Origin: an uncultured Rhabdochlamydiaceae bacterium
Lineage (GTDB): Bacteria; Chlamydiota; Chlamydiia; Chlamydiales; Rhabdochlamydiaceae
Length of the DNA stretch: 64,000 nt
NCBI GenBank assembly: GCA_963712275.1
Contig: CAVQHD010000001.1
Location: 1,852,169 to 1,916,168, forward strand
Direction: 5' to 3'
The notes under the pieces were generated by a model. The model was not told where the DNA came from. It was given only the letters and a program-made list of their open reading frames with translations, and ran no database searches. This document shows, one piece after another, positions 9,146-18,945 of the stretch. Position 1 is the stretch's first letter. Each line of letters starts with the position of its first letter. The translations under genes were made by a program, and so were the position numbers.

Positions 9146-11073
9146 GCATCATAAATTTTTTTAAGGTCGCTGATTTCTTTTGTCCATGCTTCATTTTGCG
9201 GATCATCCGGAGGCACTCCAAGGTATTGAAGTGCTTTAAGCCCGATCGATGCGAAGAGAGGGGCTGCGCAGACTCCTCCCATCTGATTTTTTCCTACTCC
9301 TGGAATATATTTATAGGCCGGTTCATCAATGGCAACGAGGAGGACAAAACGGGGATTTATCGCTGGAGCAAACCCAACAAATGTAGAGATGTGATCCTTT
9401 TTTGAATAGACCCCATTGATGATTTTCTCAGCAGTGCCTGTTTTACCAACTTCCGTATACGTTGGAATATCAGCCCTTCGAGCTGTTCCACCTGGTTTTG
9501 TCACATATCTCATGGCATGTACAACAGTATCCACGATTTCTTTGTCCAAAAGGCGCTTTGGCGCTGGAGGCGTAAGCTCAAAAATCACCTCGCCTCGGCT
9601 ATTGATAACTTTCTTAACAAGGGTGGGCTTCACATCGAATCCCCCATTGGCAAGGATAGCATAAGCCCGAACCATTTGAAGACTATTTGCTAGCATATTG
9701 TATCCCAAAGCAAGGCAATACGGCGTCCCTTTGTCCCACTCCACTTTGCCATTCGGATGTTTTTTACCTGGGGTCGGCAGTAATCCTCCGCTCTCTCCGG
9801 CAAGCTCAATCCCTGTTTTCACTCCAAAGCCAAAGACTTTTTCAAGCGCATCGCGATACCACGCCTCTCCCATGTTTTCGACAACCCGCTGCATCAGTCT
9901 CGCCATGTAAATATTCGACGATTTTTGCGTCCCTATTTCGAAGTTGGCAAACCGGCATCTATGAATATCTGTGAGTGGTTTACTACGTCCGGGCAAATGT
10001 GCAACCCCTACTGCAATTTTTTCCTCTGTTGAAAAAAGCGGGGGCTTGCCTTGGGAGATCCTTTCGGCATTCGCCTTTAAAGCAATTGCAAGCGTCATCG
10101 CCTTCATCGTTGAGCCTGGCTCATACGGATCGGTGATCGCTTTTGTTTTAGTCGCCTGTTCTTTTTTCGGATCATTAAAAAAATCTCGATATCGAGCCGG
10201 CTCAAAGAAGGGGTACTCTGCCCAAGCTAAAATTTCCCCAGTATAGGGATCCATTATCACAGCCCAGCCGCTTTTCGCCTCCGCCTTAATCACTCCTTGT
10301 TTGACTTCTTCTTCTGCAATGGCTTGAAGGTGGTGGTTGATCGTCAGGTAAACATCTGACCCGTGCTGGGGCTCCTTGATGACCTTTCCTATATCAAGAG
10401 GTTGCCTTGGAGATCGAAGGATAACCCTCCTGCCATCTTCCCCTTTTAAGTACCGGTTGAGCGAAAGCTCGAGCCCTCCCGTAGGCACGCACTCGCGCAT
10501 CACCGGGTCACGTTCTGAGCGCACCGTATGAAGAACCTGTCCTAGCAGTTTTCCAAATGGATAGGCGCGTTGATAATCTTGAACAAAAAAAAGAGCATTG
10601 CGTGGGATTTGGTGGGATTTAGCATACGGCTGCCACCATTTTAAAATCGCCTCCTTCATCTCCGGCATCAGCCAAAGGACAAGCCGACGGCTTCGACTTT
10701 TTCTTTCGAGCTGATGACGGACTTTAGCCATCTCTTGTGTGGAGAATCGGGTCATTTTTTGCAGAGCTTGAGCAATCTCCTCTCTATACTGCACCGGAAT
10801 CGCACCGGGGTCTGCATACAGGTGGAATCGAGGGACATCGATGACGAAAGGAAGAGGCGTTTCAGGATGTCCTTTGCGCACCGTCGTATTCGAATAAAAA
10901 AGACCGCGTCGATACGGCTCGACAACGGAGAGACGGTGTTGACGATCTGCAGCCTTCCGCCACTTTTCCCCTTCGATAACTTGAATTTTATAAAACTGCA
11001 GAACCAGAAGAGCAAATAAAGTAAAAAGAAAAATGGCAATTGCGATCAATCGCTTCAGATCTTTTACGTTCAT
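9133..11073 (-). CDS. ftsI: Class B penicillin-binding protein 3 (FtsI)
   Basis: N-terminal TM; EPGSTMK (SxxK), SSN (SxN), KTG; position in the dcw cluster. Confidence 0.94.
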   Translation of the reverse strand: MNVKDLKRLIAIAIFLFTLFALLVLQFYKIQVIEGEKWRKAADRQHRLSVVEPYRRGLFYSNTTVRKGHPETPLPFVIDVPRFHLYADPGAIPVQYREEIAQALQKMTRFSTQEMAKVRHQLERKSRSRRLVLWLMPEMKEAILKWWQPYAKSHQIPRNALFFVQDYQRAYPFGKLLGQVLHTVRSERDPVMRECVPTGGLELSLNRYLKGEDGRRVILRSPRQPLDIGKVIKEPQHGSDVYLTINHHLQAIAEEEVKQGVIKAEAKSGWAVIMDPYTGEILAWAEYPFFEPARYRDFFNDPKKEQATKTKAITDPYEPGSTMKAMTLAIALKANAERISQGKPPLFSTEEKIAVGVAHLPGRSKPLTDIHRCRFANFEIGTQKSSNIYMARLMQRVVENMGEAWYRDALEKVFGFGVKTGIELAGESGGLLPTPGKKHPNGKVEWDKGTPYCLALGYNMLANSLQMVRAYAILANGGFDVKPTLVKKVINSRGEVIFELTPPAPKRLLDKEIVDTVVHAMRYVTKPGGTARRADIPTYTEVGKTGTAEKIINGVYSKKDHISTFVGFAPAINPRFVLLVAIDEPAYKYIPGVGKNQMGGVCAAPLFASIGLKALQYLGVPPDDPQNEAWTKEISDLKKIYDAWNH

Positions 11074-11091
11074 TTTGAAGAACCTATAGTA

Positions 11092-11463
11092 TTACTGGGA
11101 TAAGTTCAGGTTCCTAGCCGCTACGATAACTGAACCTGCTCGTCTTGATACAGCTGCTGGATCATCAGATGAAGCAACGTTTAAGGCAAGCCCTTCTTTC
11201 AATGCAAGAACGTCTGGGAGCAAGGGAAATTTGAGATGAGCATACTGAGGAGCTTGCGCCAGCTGAAGTAAATGATCTGGACTTTCAAAATAGGTAATTT
11301 GGTACTGAAGATTTGCGCTTTCTTGTTCAAGCGTCTTGATTTCCTTGATAATCTTGGGGAGGCGCATTTTCAATTCCGTGCACCGGTTTTGCTCTGTTAA
11401 ATATGAATAGAGAGCAAAACCACAAAAAGCAACGCATCCAATAAATTGAAAGATATTTTTCAC
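11092..11463 (-). CDS. ftsL: Cell division protein FtsL-like
   Basis: TM plus coiled coil; lies between rsmH and ftsI. Confidence 0.7.
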   Translation of the reverse strand: MKNIFQFIGCVAFCGFALYSYLTEQNRCTELKMRLPKIIKEIKTLEQESANLQYQITYFESPDHLLQLAQAPQYAHLKFPLLPDVLALKEGLALNVASSDDPAAVSRRAGSVIVAARNLNLSQ

Positions 11464-12379
11464 TGCTCTACACGCTCAGCAAAACGCATTTTGGCACTTC
11501 GTGCTCGAGGGTTTTTTCGGATTTCTTCAATCGAAGCAACCCATGGTTTTTTCGTTAAAATTTTTAAAAACCCCAATCCGGTACGATCTTTGGGCCTAAA
11601 ACAAGCATCTCGAAAAGTATTTTTCACGATTCGATCTTCTCCACTATGAAAGCTGATAGCTCCAATACGCCCTTGGGGAGCAAGCCACTGAAGCGCTTTT
11701 GAAAGCCCTTTTTCAATCGCTTTAAGCTCTTGATTGACGACGATGCGAAGCGCTTGAAAGATAAGCGTTGCAGGATGGAGACGCCCTCGCCTTTTAAAGC
11801 CGAGTGCTTTAATCATAAGAGAAGCAAGCTGCTGTGTTGTCTGAATAGGCTGTTTTTCACGCGCAAAAACCACCGCACGGGCCGCCCTTTTCCAATGAGG
11901 CTCTTCCCCTGCTTCTCGGAAAATTTCTCCCAACTTCTCTTCTGAATAAGTATTGACAATCTCAGAGGCAGTCAGTTCTGTATCTGGGTCCATTCTCATA
12001 TCGAGTGGACCTTCGTTCATAAAACTAAACCCTTTTTCGCCTTGATCTAGTTGCATAGATGACACTCCAAAGTCAAAAAAAAACCGTTAGCTCGATCGAT
12101 TCCTCTTGCTGAGAGAATAGTGTCGAGATTTCTAAAATTGCCTCGGACAAGTTCAACTTTACTTTTCCAAGGTCGTAATCGCTCCTCTGCAATCTGCAGA
12201 GCCTCTGGATCTTGATCACATCCGATGTACCGCTCAATCTCAGGATGAGCTTTAAGCACCGCTTCCGCATGCCCGCCCGCTCCGACTGTTCCCTCAAAAA
12301 AAGTCTTCAGCAGGGCTCCCTCAAACCCCTTTAAACACTCTTGAACCATGACTGAAATGTGCCTAGAGAGGGATGTCAT
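11460..12379 (-). pseudogene. rsmH: 16S rRNA m4C1402 methyltransferase RsmH, split by a frameshift at a T9 run (12075-12083)
   Basis: N-terminal half HISVM...GTVGAGGHA and C-terminal half GVSSMQLD...PLDMRMD...ISFHSGEDRIVK...NPRARSAKMR lie in different frames. One extra T gives NGFFFDFGVSSMQLD. Confidence 0.88.
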
Positions 12380-12866
12380 GCACAGCCCCCTCCCCTTCAC
12401 CCAAAAGAGCAAACGCCTCTTCTGTCATGGAAGCCAGGTTGAATTCTCCGGGACGTCCTTCCATCGAAGCTTTGAGATCGATGTCGTAACGCTCTTTCGG
12501 CCAAATCTCAATTTTATTCAGCACTCCAGCAATGACAATTTCGTTTCGAATATCAACCGCTTTTTTCAAGACGGGAGGAAGCAAAACACGGCCGACGGAA
12601 TCACAAGAAGCTTGATGAAGAGTTGAGAAAAAAAGCGTGAAAAATTTTTGGTATTTTGCCAGATGCTGCTTAGAGCGGAATTTTTCGACGATCTTTTCTA
12701 CATCGCTGCGGCGATAGATTGCCAAGCATCCCCCCAACCCTAAAGCAATCGTAAATTCAAGAATTCCATTCTCAACAAGTCCAAAGCGCATCTGCTGCGG
12801 AAGAACGAATCGATTTTTTGTGTCGAGCTTCGCATGATTAGAGCCGCTGAAGAAAAATTGGGACAT
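12363..12866 (-). CDS. mraZ: Transcriptional regulator MraZ
   Basis: LDTKNRFVLP and CDSVGRVLLP (two DxxxR motifs), KIEIW; first gene of the dcw cluster; ATG 12866 preferred over GTG 12878. Confidence 0.93.
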   Translation of the reverse strand: MSQFFFSGSNHAKLDTKNRFVLPQQMRFGLVENGILEFTIALGLGGCLAIYRRSDVEKIVEKFRSKQHLAKYQKFFTLFFSTLHQASCDSVGRVLLPPVLKKAVDIRNEIVIAGVLNKIEIWPKERYDIDLKASMEGRPGEFNLASMTEEAFALLGEGEGAVHDIPL

Positions 12867-12873
12867 TCCAGAT

Positions 12874-12898
12874 TCCACCTTTTACCACAATTTAACAC
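12874..12898 (-). promoter_or_regulatory. Putative MraZ-binding direct repeats
   Basis: The minus strand reads GTGTTaaattGTGGTaaaagGTGGA (10-bp period) just upstream of the mraZ ATG; MraZ is known to bind GTGG/TGGG repeats with this period. Confidence 0.6.
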
Positions 12899-13032
12899 TG
12901 AGCCCTCAATTCTTCAAGATCTTTTGAGTTTTTTAGCCTCTTACCGCCCCCTAATAGGATTCATATTTAGCTAAACACCAATAAGTTAAGAATTAAAAAC
13001 AAAAAGTGGGAATTGGTGGGAATAAATAATAG

Positions 13033-13244
13033 GGCACAGGAAAAAAGAGCAGATATTTGAAACTTTTGCCCACTCAGGCTTATTTACATTTCTTTACCAC
13101 GGAGACACGGAGGGGGATGAGATTGCACAGAGGAAAAAATTTTCCTCTGTGCAATCTCATCCCCCTCCGTGTCTCCGTGGTAAAGAAATGTAAATAAGCC
13201 TGAGTGGGCAAAAGTTTCAAATATCTGCTCTTTTTTCCTGTGCC
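13033..13244. repeat. Long palindromic element, family A, copy 2 (perfect 105-bp arms, 2-nt centre)
   Basis: 13033-13137 is the exact reverse complement of 13140-13244. Confidence 0.97.
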
Positions 13245-13354
13245 ATGGCGAGAATAATATAAGCTCTTGTATCAAATTTTTATTCAGAGTAAATAGAAGG
13301 AAGCTCAAAAAACGATAGACTGCTAACATTCCTAGACTACTTGTAAGGAGCCCC

Positions 13355-13813
13355 ATGGCAGAATCAAAAACCGTTTCTAACCTTCCCCTTGATGTTTCGA
13401 TACGATGGGCTAAAGATCAAAAGCTTCTCCAGGAGTCCGAACTCATTATTCGAGACTCTACTCATGCCTCTTCACAGGTTCAAACAGATGCGATCTTCCC
13501 AGCCAAACTCTCTGAAGTTGAATCTCTTTTAGGTCTCTCAAAACTCCATCCTTCTTGGGCAACTTTTCAAGCTCCTATAGGTTTTTTCCTTCAACGAAGA
13601 AAAATTTTTAAATCTCAGCTCGTCCCTTTTCTGGGTTCTGATGAACAACAAGACTCTCTCATTACACGCATCCAATCTTTGAAAGGAGATGACCAAGATG
13701 AAGAATGGGAAGACAAGAGAAATCGCCTTGTAGCTCTTCTACAACTGCTTCAAAGCTTGAATAAGGACTTGATCGATATCTTCACACGTTGTAAACAGTA
13801 CCAAAAGGGGTGA
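13355..13813 (+). CDS. Conserved chlamydial protein (CT273/DUF5399-like)
   Basis: Synteny between rsmH and the TPR chaperone; WATFQAPIGFFLQRR and C-terminal QYQKG. Confidence 0.65.
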   Translation: MAESKTVSNLPLDVSIRWAKDQKLLQESELIIRDSTHASSQVQTDAIFPAKLSEVESLLGLSKLHPSWATFQAPIGFFLQRRKIFKSQLVPFLGSDEQQDSLITRIQSLKGDDQDEEWEDKRNRLVALLQLLQSLNKDLIDIFTRCKQYQKG

Positions 13814-13820
13814 AGAGCAT

Positions 13821-14210
13821 ATGACCCAGTGGACAGAAATTTTGGGATGGGATGGGGAAGCAATCGATGATCTCCGATACCTTGGATACTCCTACTTAAA
13901 ACAAGGGAAATACGAGATTGCGAATTCTTTTTTTGAAGCTCTCGTCACTTTGAGTGGACAAAACGCTTACGATCTTCAAACGCTCGGAGCTCTTTACCTC
14001 GAATTAGGGAAAAATCTTCAAGCCCTCAATACCATTGAGCAAGCCTTGAAAATGGAACCGAACCATGCTGAGACCCTTCTCAATCGAGCCAAAGCCCTCT
14101 TTGCCCTTGGCTATCGCCGGCAAGCCGTAGCCCAAGCAAAAACGCTGGCCTCCAACTCCAGCCCCACCGTTGCAAATCAAGCCTCCGCACTCCTTCTAGC
14201 TTATACTTAA
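13821..14210 (+). CDS. TPR protein, SycD/LcrH-like type III secretion chaperone (CT274-like)
   Basis: DLRYLGYSYLKQGKY...FFEALV...YDLQTLGALYLE...TLLNRAKALFALG; TPR pattern and synteny. Confidence 0.85.
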   Translation: MTQWTEILGWDGEAIDDLRYLGYSYLKQGKYEIANSFFEALVTLSGQNAYDLQTLGALYLELGKNLQALNTIEQALKMEPNHAETLLNRAKALFALGYRRQAVAQAKTLASNSSPTVANQASALLLAYT

Positions 14211-15529
14211 GAAATTGGAAATCGCCCCGCCAAATAGAGCGGATAATAGTGAACATTTTTTCCAGGCTCAATATCAAAGGACCGTCCACTGAAAATAACC
14301 TGATAGAGCGGTTGATATTTGTCTGAAAATATTTTTAAGCTTTTTGCTTTTACAATTGAGCCCGACTTGACTTCGATTGGAATGACCTCCCCTAAAATGT
14401 CCACCAGAAACTCGACCTCTGCTTTCTGTTCTTGCCAGCTAAAAAGATGCTCTCTTCCATAGCCCATCAACTCCTGCGCTACAAAATTCTCAGCAAAATA
14501 CCCTTTATAACTGCCATAATCAGAATCAAGAATGACCTTCGGAGGAAGACCGCTCATATGCCCGAGAATGCCGACATCAAAGAGCAGTAATTTAAAGAGA
14601 TTCTCCTTCACGTAACCCTTGAATGGAAAGTGTCCTGTATTAACGATATGCACCTTGATGACGAGTCCGGTCGCCTCCAACCAATCAATTGCACTCGCAA
14701 GCCGATCATAATGGGTCACTCCTGGAACGACCCCCCTAAATTTAAATCGCGCAACTGAACCTTCCTGAACTTGGCTAAGCTGCGCAGGTACTGATCGAAA
14801 TACACGATCAATGTGCATTGCATTTACTTTTCCTGAGTGTTTTGCAATATCTGCATAATAAGAGTTGAGAAGATCATCCTGTTTTTTTCTGACGAGGGAA
14901 AATGCTTCAAAAAGCCGGTCTTTATTTTCACAATATGTTGCAACCACCTCAGGCAAACCTCCAACAACAAAGTACCGTTTGAGCTCCTCCCACAAATGTT
15001 CGTGCACAATCTCTGGAATTTTATCCTTTGAGGTGAGTTGTTGGAGAATAGGCAAAGACTTATCGTTATTGGCCACCAAAAACTCCTCGAAAGACATCGG
15101 CCTCAAAGTCTCAAAGGTCACTTTTCCCACAGGAAAAGAGCCTGAATTCAAGTGAAGCCCTAAAAGAGACCCAGCCCCGCATAGATGGAGCTTGGGGCAC
15201 TCTTCCTGAAAATACTTTAAGCTAGTCAGCGCTTTGGGCACTTCTTGGATTTCATCAAAAACGACAAAATCTTCTCCAATCTTAATGGGGCGACCTAGAT
15301 GAAAGCTCAATTCATTTAAAATTCGTTGGGGAACAAGGTCAGGCTCAAAAATTTTGGCAAGATGTGGCTCTTTTTCAAAATTGAAATAATGGTATTGGGG
15401 GAAATGAAGCCTTCCGAATTCTTTTAAGAGGTACGTTTTACCCACTTGCCGAACTCCTTTGAGCAAGAGCGGCTTACGTTGTTCTTCCTGCTTCCATTCG
15501 AGCAGTCGATTCATTATTTTGCGCTTCAT
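14207..15529 (-). CDS. AAA_14 ATPase with C-terminal DUF4143 (PD-(D/E)xK-like) domain
   Basis: GVRQVGKT, FDEIQ, GGLPEV, EVEFLV...PIEVKSG; start taken at MKRKIM (15535 is also possible). Confidence 0.88.
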   Translation of the reverse strand: MKRKIMNRLLEWKQEEQRKPLLLKGVRQVGKTYLLKEFGRLHFPQYHYFNFEKEPHLAKIFEPDLVPQRILNELSFHLGRPIKIGEDFVVFDEIQEVPKALTSLKYFQEECPKLHLCGAGSLLGLHLNSGSFPVGKVTFETLRPMSFEEFLVANNDKSLPILQQLTSKDKIPEIVHEHLWEELKRYFVVGGLPEVVATYCENKDRLFEAFSLVRKKQDDLLNSYYADIAKHSGKVNAMHIDRVFRSVPAQLSQVQEGSVARFKFRGVVPGVTHYDRLASAIDWLEATGLVIKVHIVNTGHFPFKGYVKENLFKLLLFDVGILGHMSGLPPKVILDSDYGSYKGYFAENFVAQELMGYGREHLFSWQEQKAEVEFLVDILGEVIPIEVKSGSIVKAKSLKIFSDKYQPLYQVIFSGRSFDIEPGKNVHYYPLYLAGRFPIS

Positions 15530-15539
15530 AGGCATCTTT

Positions 15540-15621
15540 AGTGACAGCTTTGTCACTTTAAGTTAGCAAAAAGTGACAATTTTGTCATTTTTTGCCAGGA
15601 AAAAGTGTCAAAATTGTCACT
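15540..15621. promoter_or_regulatory. Three palindromic GTGACA-N4-TGTCAC sites with a 32-bp period
   Basis: GTGACAgcttTGTCAC (15541), GTGACAatttTGTCAT (15573), GTGTCAaaatTGTCAC (15605), directly upstream of the ATPase gene. Confidence 0.7.
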
Positions 15622-15734
15622 TTTTTCAAAAATCTCTATAAGAGATATTTTTAGTTACTGATAACAAATGACTTATGAATATTGACGAAATTACGCTCAA
15701 TGTATCGTATTTTGATACATTCATGCTTTTTTCG

Positions 15735-16490
15735 TTAAACTCGGCAAGGTAATCCCAGTCTTTTTCCAATTTCTCTCCACACTTCTTCTCGGAAAGGCTC
15801 CTCGGGGATTAACTCCCTTGCCAGATCTCCCAATAGACGGTTTTCTTTTAGGTTCTCAGACCACTCAAACTCAGGATGGGGGCCAAATAGGAAGGCCAAT
15901 CCTTCTCCCACAGGACAAAGCATTGCGATAGGCAGCCCCTCATATGTTCCCATGACCGATGCTGAGGAATGCTTCTCAAAATAGCAGCCGCCCTGGTAAT
16001 AGAGCTTGCCTTGTCTTAAGTCTCCTTTCAAGGAGAAGCTAACAGGCGCGGCAAATGCAGCTTCTGGCGAAAGGTACTCTTCGATTTCAGAAAGGGGCCC
16101 AACCGCTCTTCCTTCGAAGAAAGAGAGAGGCCTTTTTTTCACGAGGGGCTCTCGGTTAGGCGGCTGAAAATGACTCTCAGAAGAGGCAAAATAAGCGCCA
16201 GCACAAAGGCCGAGGTACTTTCCTCCTGCTGTGACATAACGGTGAATCTTAGAAATGCCTTCTTCTCCGAGATTTTTCTCCCAGGAGCTGCAAACGCCTC
16301 CTCCCATGACAAGAAGAACTGTCTTGTTCTCCCACTGCTTTTCTCTCAGATAAGCACTGCCGACTTTGCAGATATTCACACGAGAATCAAGCAATTTTTT
16401 TAACTGAGCTACTAATGCATCGACGCTGCAACGAGAGGTTCCTTCGTCTTCATAAACGAGCGCTTGAATGCCCTCTATTCTCAAACTCAT
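15735..16490 (-). CDS. BPL_N (biotin-protein ligase N-terminal, GATase-like) domain protein
   Basis: LVYEDEGTS, LLVMGGG, GGKYLGLCAGAYF, YYQGGCYF, GPHPEF; overlaps bioY. Confidence 0.85.
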   Translation of the reverse strand: MSLRIEGIQALVYEDEGTSRCSVDALVAQLKKLLDSRVNICKVGSAYLREKQWENKTVLLVMGGGVCSSWEKNLGEEGISKIHRYVTAGGKYLGLCAGAYFASSESHFQPPNREPLVKKRPLSFFEGRAVGPLSEIEEYLSPEAAFAAPVSFSLKGDLRQGKLYYQGGCYFEKHSSASVMGTYEGLPIAMLCPVGEGLAFLFGPHPEFEWSENLKENRLLGDLARELIPEEPFREEVWREIGKRLGLPCRV

Positions 16491-17056
16491 GGCTCAAAAA
16501 TTCCTAAAAATCGAGTATAACTTCTTAGCCCTATGGCTCCTGCGATAATCTTAAGAGCAGCTCCCATTAGAAATGGGACGATACCGAACATAACTGCTTT
16601 TTTCCAGCCGACAAAAACCGCAAGCCAAGGCACACCGATTCCAAAGATCACCAGCTGCCCGATTGCTAGAGTTGCAAGGAGATAAAAAAAGCCAGCTTGC
16701 GCTTTTCTTTCAACCATTTTTCCAATGAGGAAGGCGGCTGGAATAAACGAGAGTAAAAAGCCTGCCTGTAGCCCTGTCATCCACAAAGGGTTTGAAAGGC
16801 CTCCTGCAAATACCGGCATCCCGCAGCATCCTTGCACGAGATAGGCCAGTACGCTACAGGCAGCGCGCCTTCCGCCTAAAATGCCCCCCAATAAGAAAAC
16901 TGCAAAGGTTTGCAAGGTTATCGGGATGGGAGTGAAGCAGGGAATTGCAACTTGCGATAGGAAGGCAAGGAAGCAGCTTCCTGCGAAGGCAATTCCTATT
17001 TCTATGAGAAATTGAGGTCTTTCTCGTTTGACAAGGATAGTTTTTTGTTCTGACAT
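16487..17056 (-). CDS. bioY: Biotin transporter BioY
   Basis: PIPITLQTFAV, YLVQGCCGMPVFAGG, GFLLSF; multiple TM segments. Confidence 0.92.
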   Translation of the reverse strand: MSEQKTILVKRERPQFLIEIGIAFAGSCFLAFLSQVAIPCFTPIPITLQTFAVFLLGGILGGRRAACSVLAYLVQGCCGMPVFAGGLSNPLWMTGLQAGFLLSFIPAAFLIGKMVERKAQAGFFYLLATLAIGQLVIFGIGVPWLAVFVGWKKAVMFGIVPFLMGAALKIIAGAIGLRSYTRFLGIFEP

Positions 17057-17161
17057 AAAATTCTCCTTTGAATAAGAACCAGCTTATCCGGAGCTCTTTC
17101 CAAAATCAACTTCCAATTTGGCCTCCAAAGCGAGTTTTGTAATTCCTTCTAAACCCAAATC

Positions 17162-18508
17162 GTGATACAAGAGACTCATATGTTAACGAAGGCTTATGCT
17201 GAGCTGTGGTCCGATTTTCTCGCCTATATGGAAGAGAGGTGTTCTGCTGCAGAGTTTCAAAATTGGATTGCCCCTATTCAGGTGATGAAAAGTAGTCCTG
17301 AAGAACTCATTCTTCAGGTGCCCAATATCTTTGTGCAGGAATATCTGCTTCAAAACTACACGAAAGACCTTTTGGGATTTGTCCCCGTCCACTCAAATGG
17401 AGAGCTTGCTCTTCAATTCGTCATTGCAGATGAGCCGAAAAAACAGACGGCTCTCCCTTCCCAACCTCCGCCAATCGAAAGCCCGACGCTTAATCCTCTC
17501 TATACTTTTGAGCATTTTATTGAAGGTCCTTCTAACCAGTTTGTCAAATCAGCAGCCCTTGGCGTTGCTGCCCATCCAGGAAAATCTTATAATCCGCTGT
17601 TCATCTACGGGGGCGTAGGCCTTGGGAAAACCCATCTTCTGCATGCCATTGGCCACACCATTTTTAAACAACACCGCCGCCTTAAAATGCACTGCATCAC
17701 GACGGAAGGGTTTATCAACGATATTGTGGATAACTTAAGAAAGAAGTCCATGGATAAAATGAAGCGGTTTTACCGCTCTCTTGATGTCTTTCTCATCGAT
17801 GATATTCAATTTCTACAATCCCGCCTCAATTTCGAGGAAGAGTTTTGCAATACTTTTGAAAGCTTGATTCAACAAAACAAACAAATCATCATCACAAGCG
17901 ACAAACCACCTTCCCAACTCAAGCTTTCACAGAGGATGGTTGCCCGTATGGAATGGGGCCTTGTCGGACATGTGGGTGCTCCAGATCTAGAAACACGTGT
18001 TGCCATCTTGCAGCATAAGGCGGAGCTCCGAGGGATCCGCCTCCCGCATAAAATCGCTCTATTCATTGCGCAGCATATCTATCACAACGTGAGGCAGCTC
18101 GAAGGGGCGATCAATCGGCTTTCTGCTTTTACCCGCCTTATCAATAAAGAAGTCACGGAAGAGGTTGTCGAAAGTACTCTAGGCGAACTCTTTCAACATG
18201 CACCGCAAAAACGGGTCTCTGTCGAGCATATTCTTCGGTGCGTGGCAGCAATCTTTGAAGTCCCTGTCACCGATCTGAAAGGAACCTCACGGACAAAAGA
18301 TGTCGCCCTTCCCCGGCAAGTGGCGATGTACCTTGCTAAGGAACTTGTCACCGAATCTCTTGTAAAACTCGCTTCGGCTTTTGGTGGAAAAACTCATTCA
18401 ACTCTTCTACATGCCTGGAAAAAAATCCGTCAGCGGCTTGAAAACGACTCCGATTTAAGACAGCAAGTGAAAATTGCCCGAGATAACCTGGAGAACCCTG
18501 GATGTTAA
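17162..18508 (+). CDS. dnaA: Chromosomal replication initiator DnaA
   Basis: [59 protein letters not shown] 17180 is an alternative start. Confidence 0.98.
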   Translation: MIQETHMLTKAYAELWSDFLAYMEERCSAAEFQNWIAPIQVMKSSPEELILQVPNIFVQEYLLQNYTKDLLGFVPVHSNGELALQFVIADEPKKQTALPSQPPPIESPTLNPLYTFEHFIEGPSNQFVKSAALGVAAHPGKSYNPLFIYGGVGLGKTHLLHAIGHTIFKQHRRLKMHCITTEGFINDIVDNLRKKSMDKMKRFYRSLDVFLIDDIQFLQSRLNFEEEFCNTFESLIQQNKQIIITSDKPPSQLKLSQRMVARMEWGLVGHVGAPDLETRVAILQHKAELRGIRLPHKIALFIAQHIYHNVRQLEGAINRLSAFTRLINKEVTEEVVESTLGELFQHAPQKRVSVEHILRCVAAIFEVPVTDLKGTSRTKDVALPRQVAMYLAKELVTESLVKLASAFGGKTHSTLLHAWKKIRQRLENDSDLRQQVKIARDNLENPGC

Positions 18509-18945
18509 AATTCGCAAAGCAGTTTTTGAGTAAAACCCCTGCAGCTTCGCTTCCTCAAGAAACCTCTCCGCCACCCTTTTTTGAACCAGAACAGGTCCGC
18601 GAGCCTGATTTTGTTTTGGGCGAGCAAACCTCCATGATAGGCAAAATTGCCTTTCAAGATCGGGCTGTCATCGATGGACTTTTTGAAGGAGAATTTGAAG
18701 GAGGCCGCTCCCTTACGATCGGCCCTCAAGGGTTTGTGAAGGCCGATATTCATGTGGAAGAGGCCGATATCTCTGGGAAAGTCGAAGGAAATATCACCGT
18801 GAAAGATCGTCTTATCCTTCGAGGCTTAGCAGAAATTCGGGGTAATATCACCGCTCCCCGTCTTTCCGTTGATGAAGGGGTCTCGATCATTGGCCAAGTG
18901 TATGTCACTGCTGTAGGAAGCCCCGATCTAAACACACCATTTTAA
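18502..18945 (+). CDS. Bactofilin (polymer-forming cytoskeletal protein, CT276-like)
   Basis: IDGLFEG...[13 protein letters not shown]...ISGKVEGNI...[20 protein letters not shown]. Confidence 0.9.
   Translation: MLKFAKQFLSKTPAASLPQETSPPPFFEPEQVREPDFVLGEQTSMIGKIAFQDRAVIDGLFEGEFEGGRSLTIGPQGFVKADIHVEEADISGKVEGNITVKDRLILRGLAEIRGNITAPRLSVDEGVSIIGQVYVTAVGSPDLNTPF

Noticed and set aside
17057..17180. Replication origin next to dnaA
   Set aside because: The intergenic region is short and I saw no cluster of TTATCCACA-like boxes.
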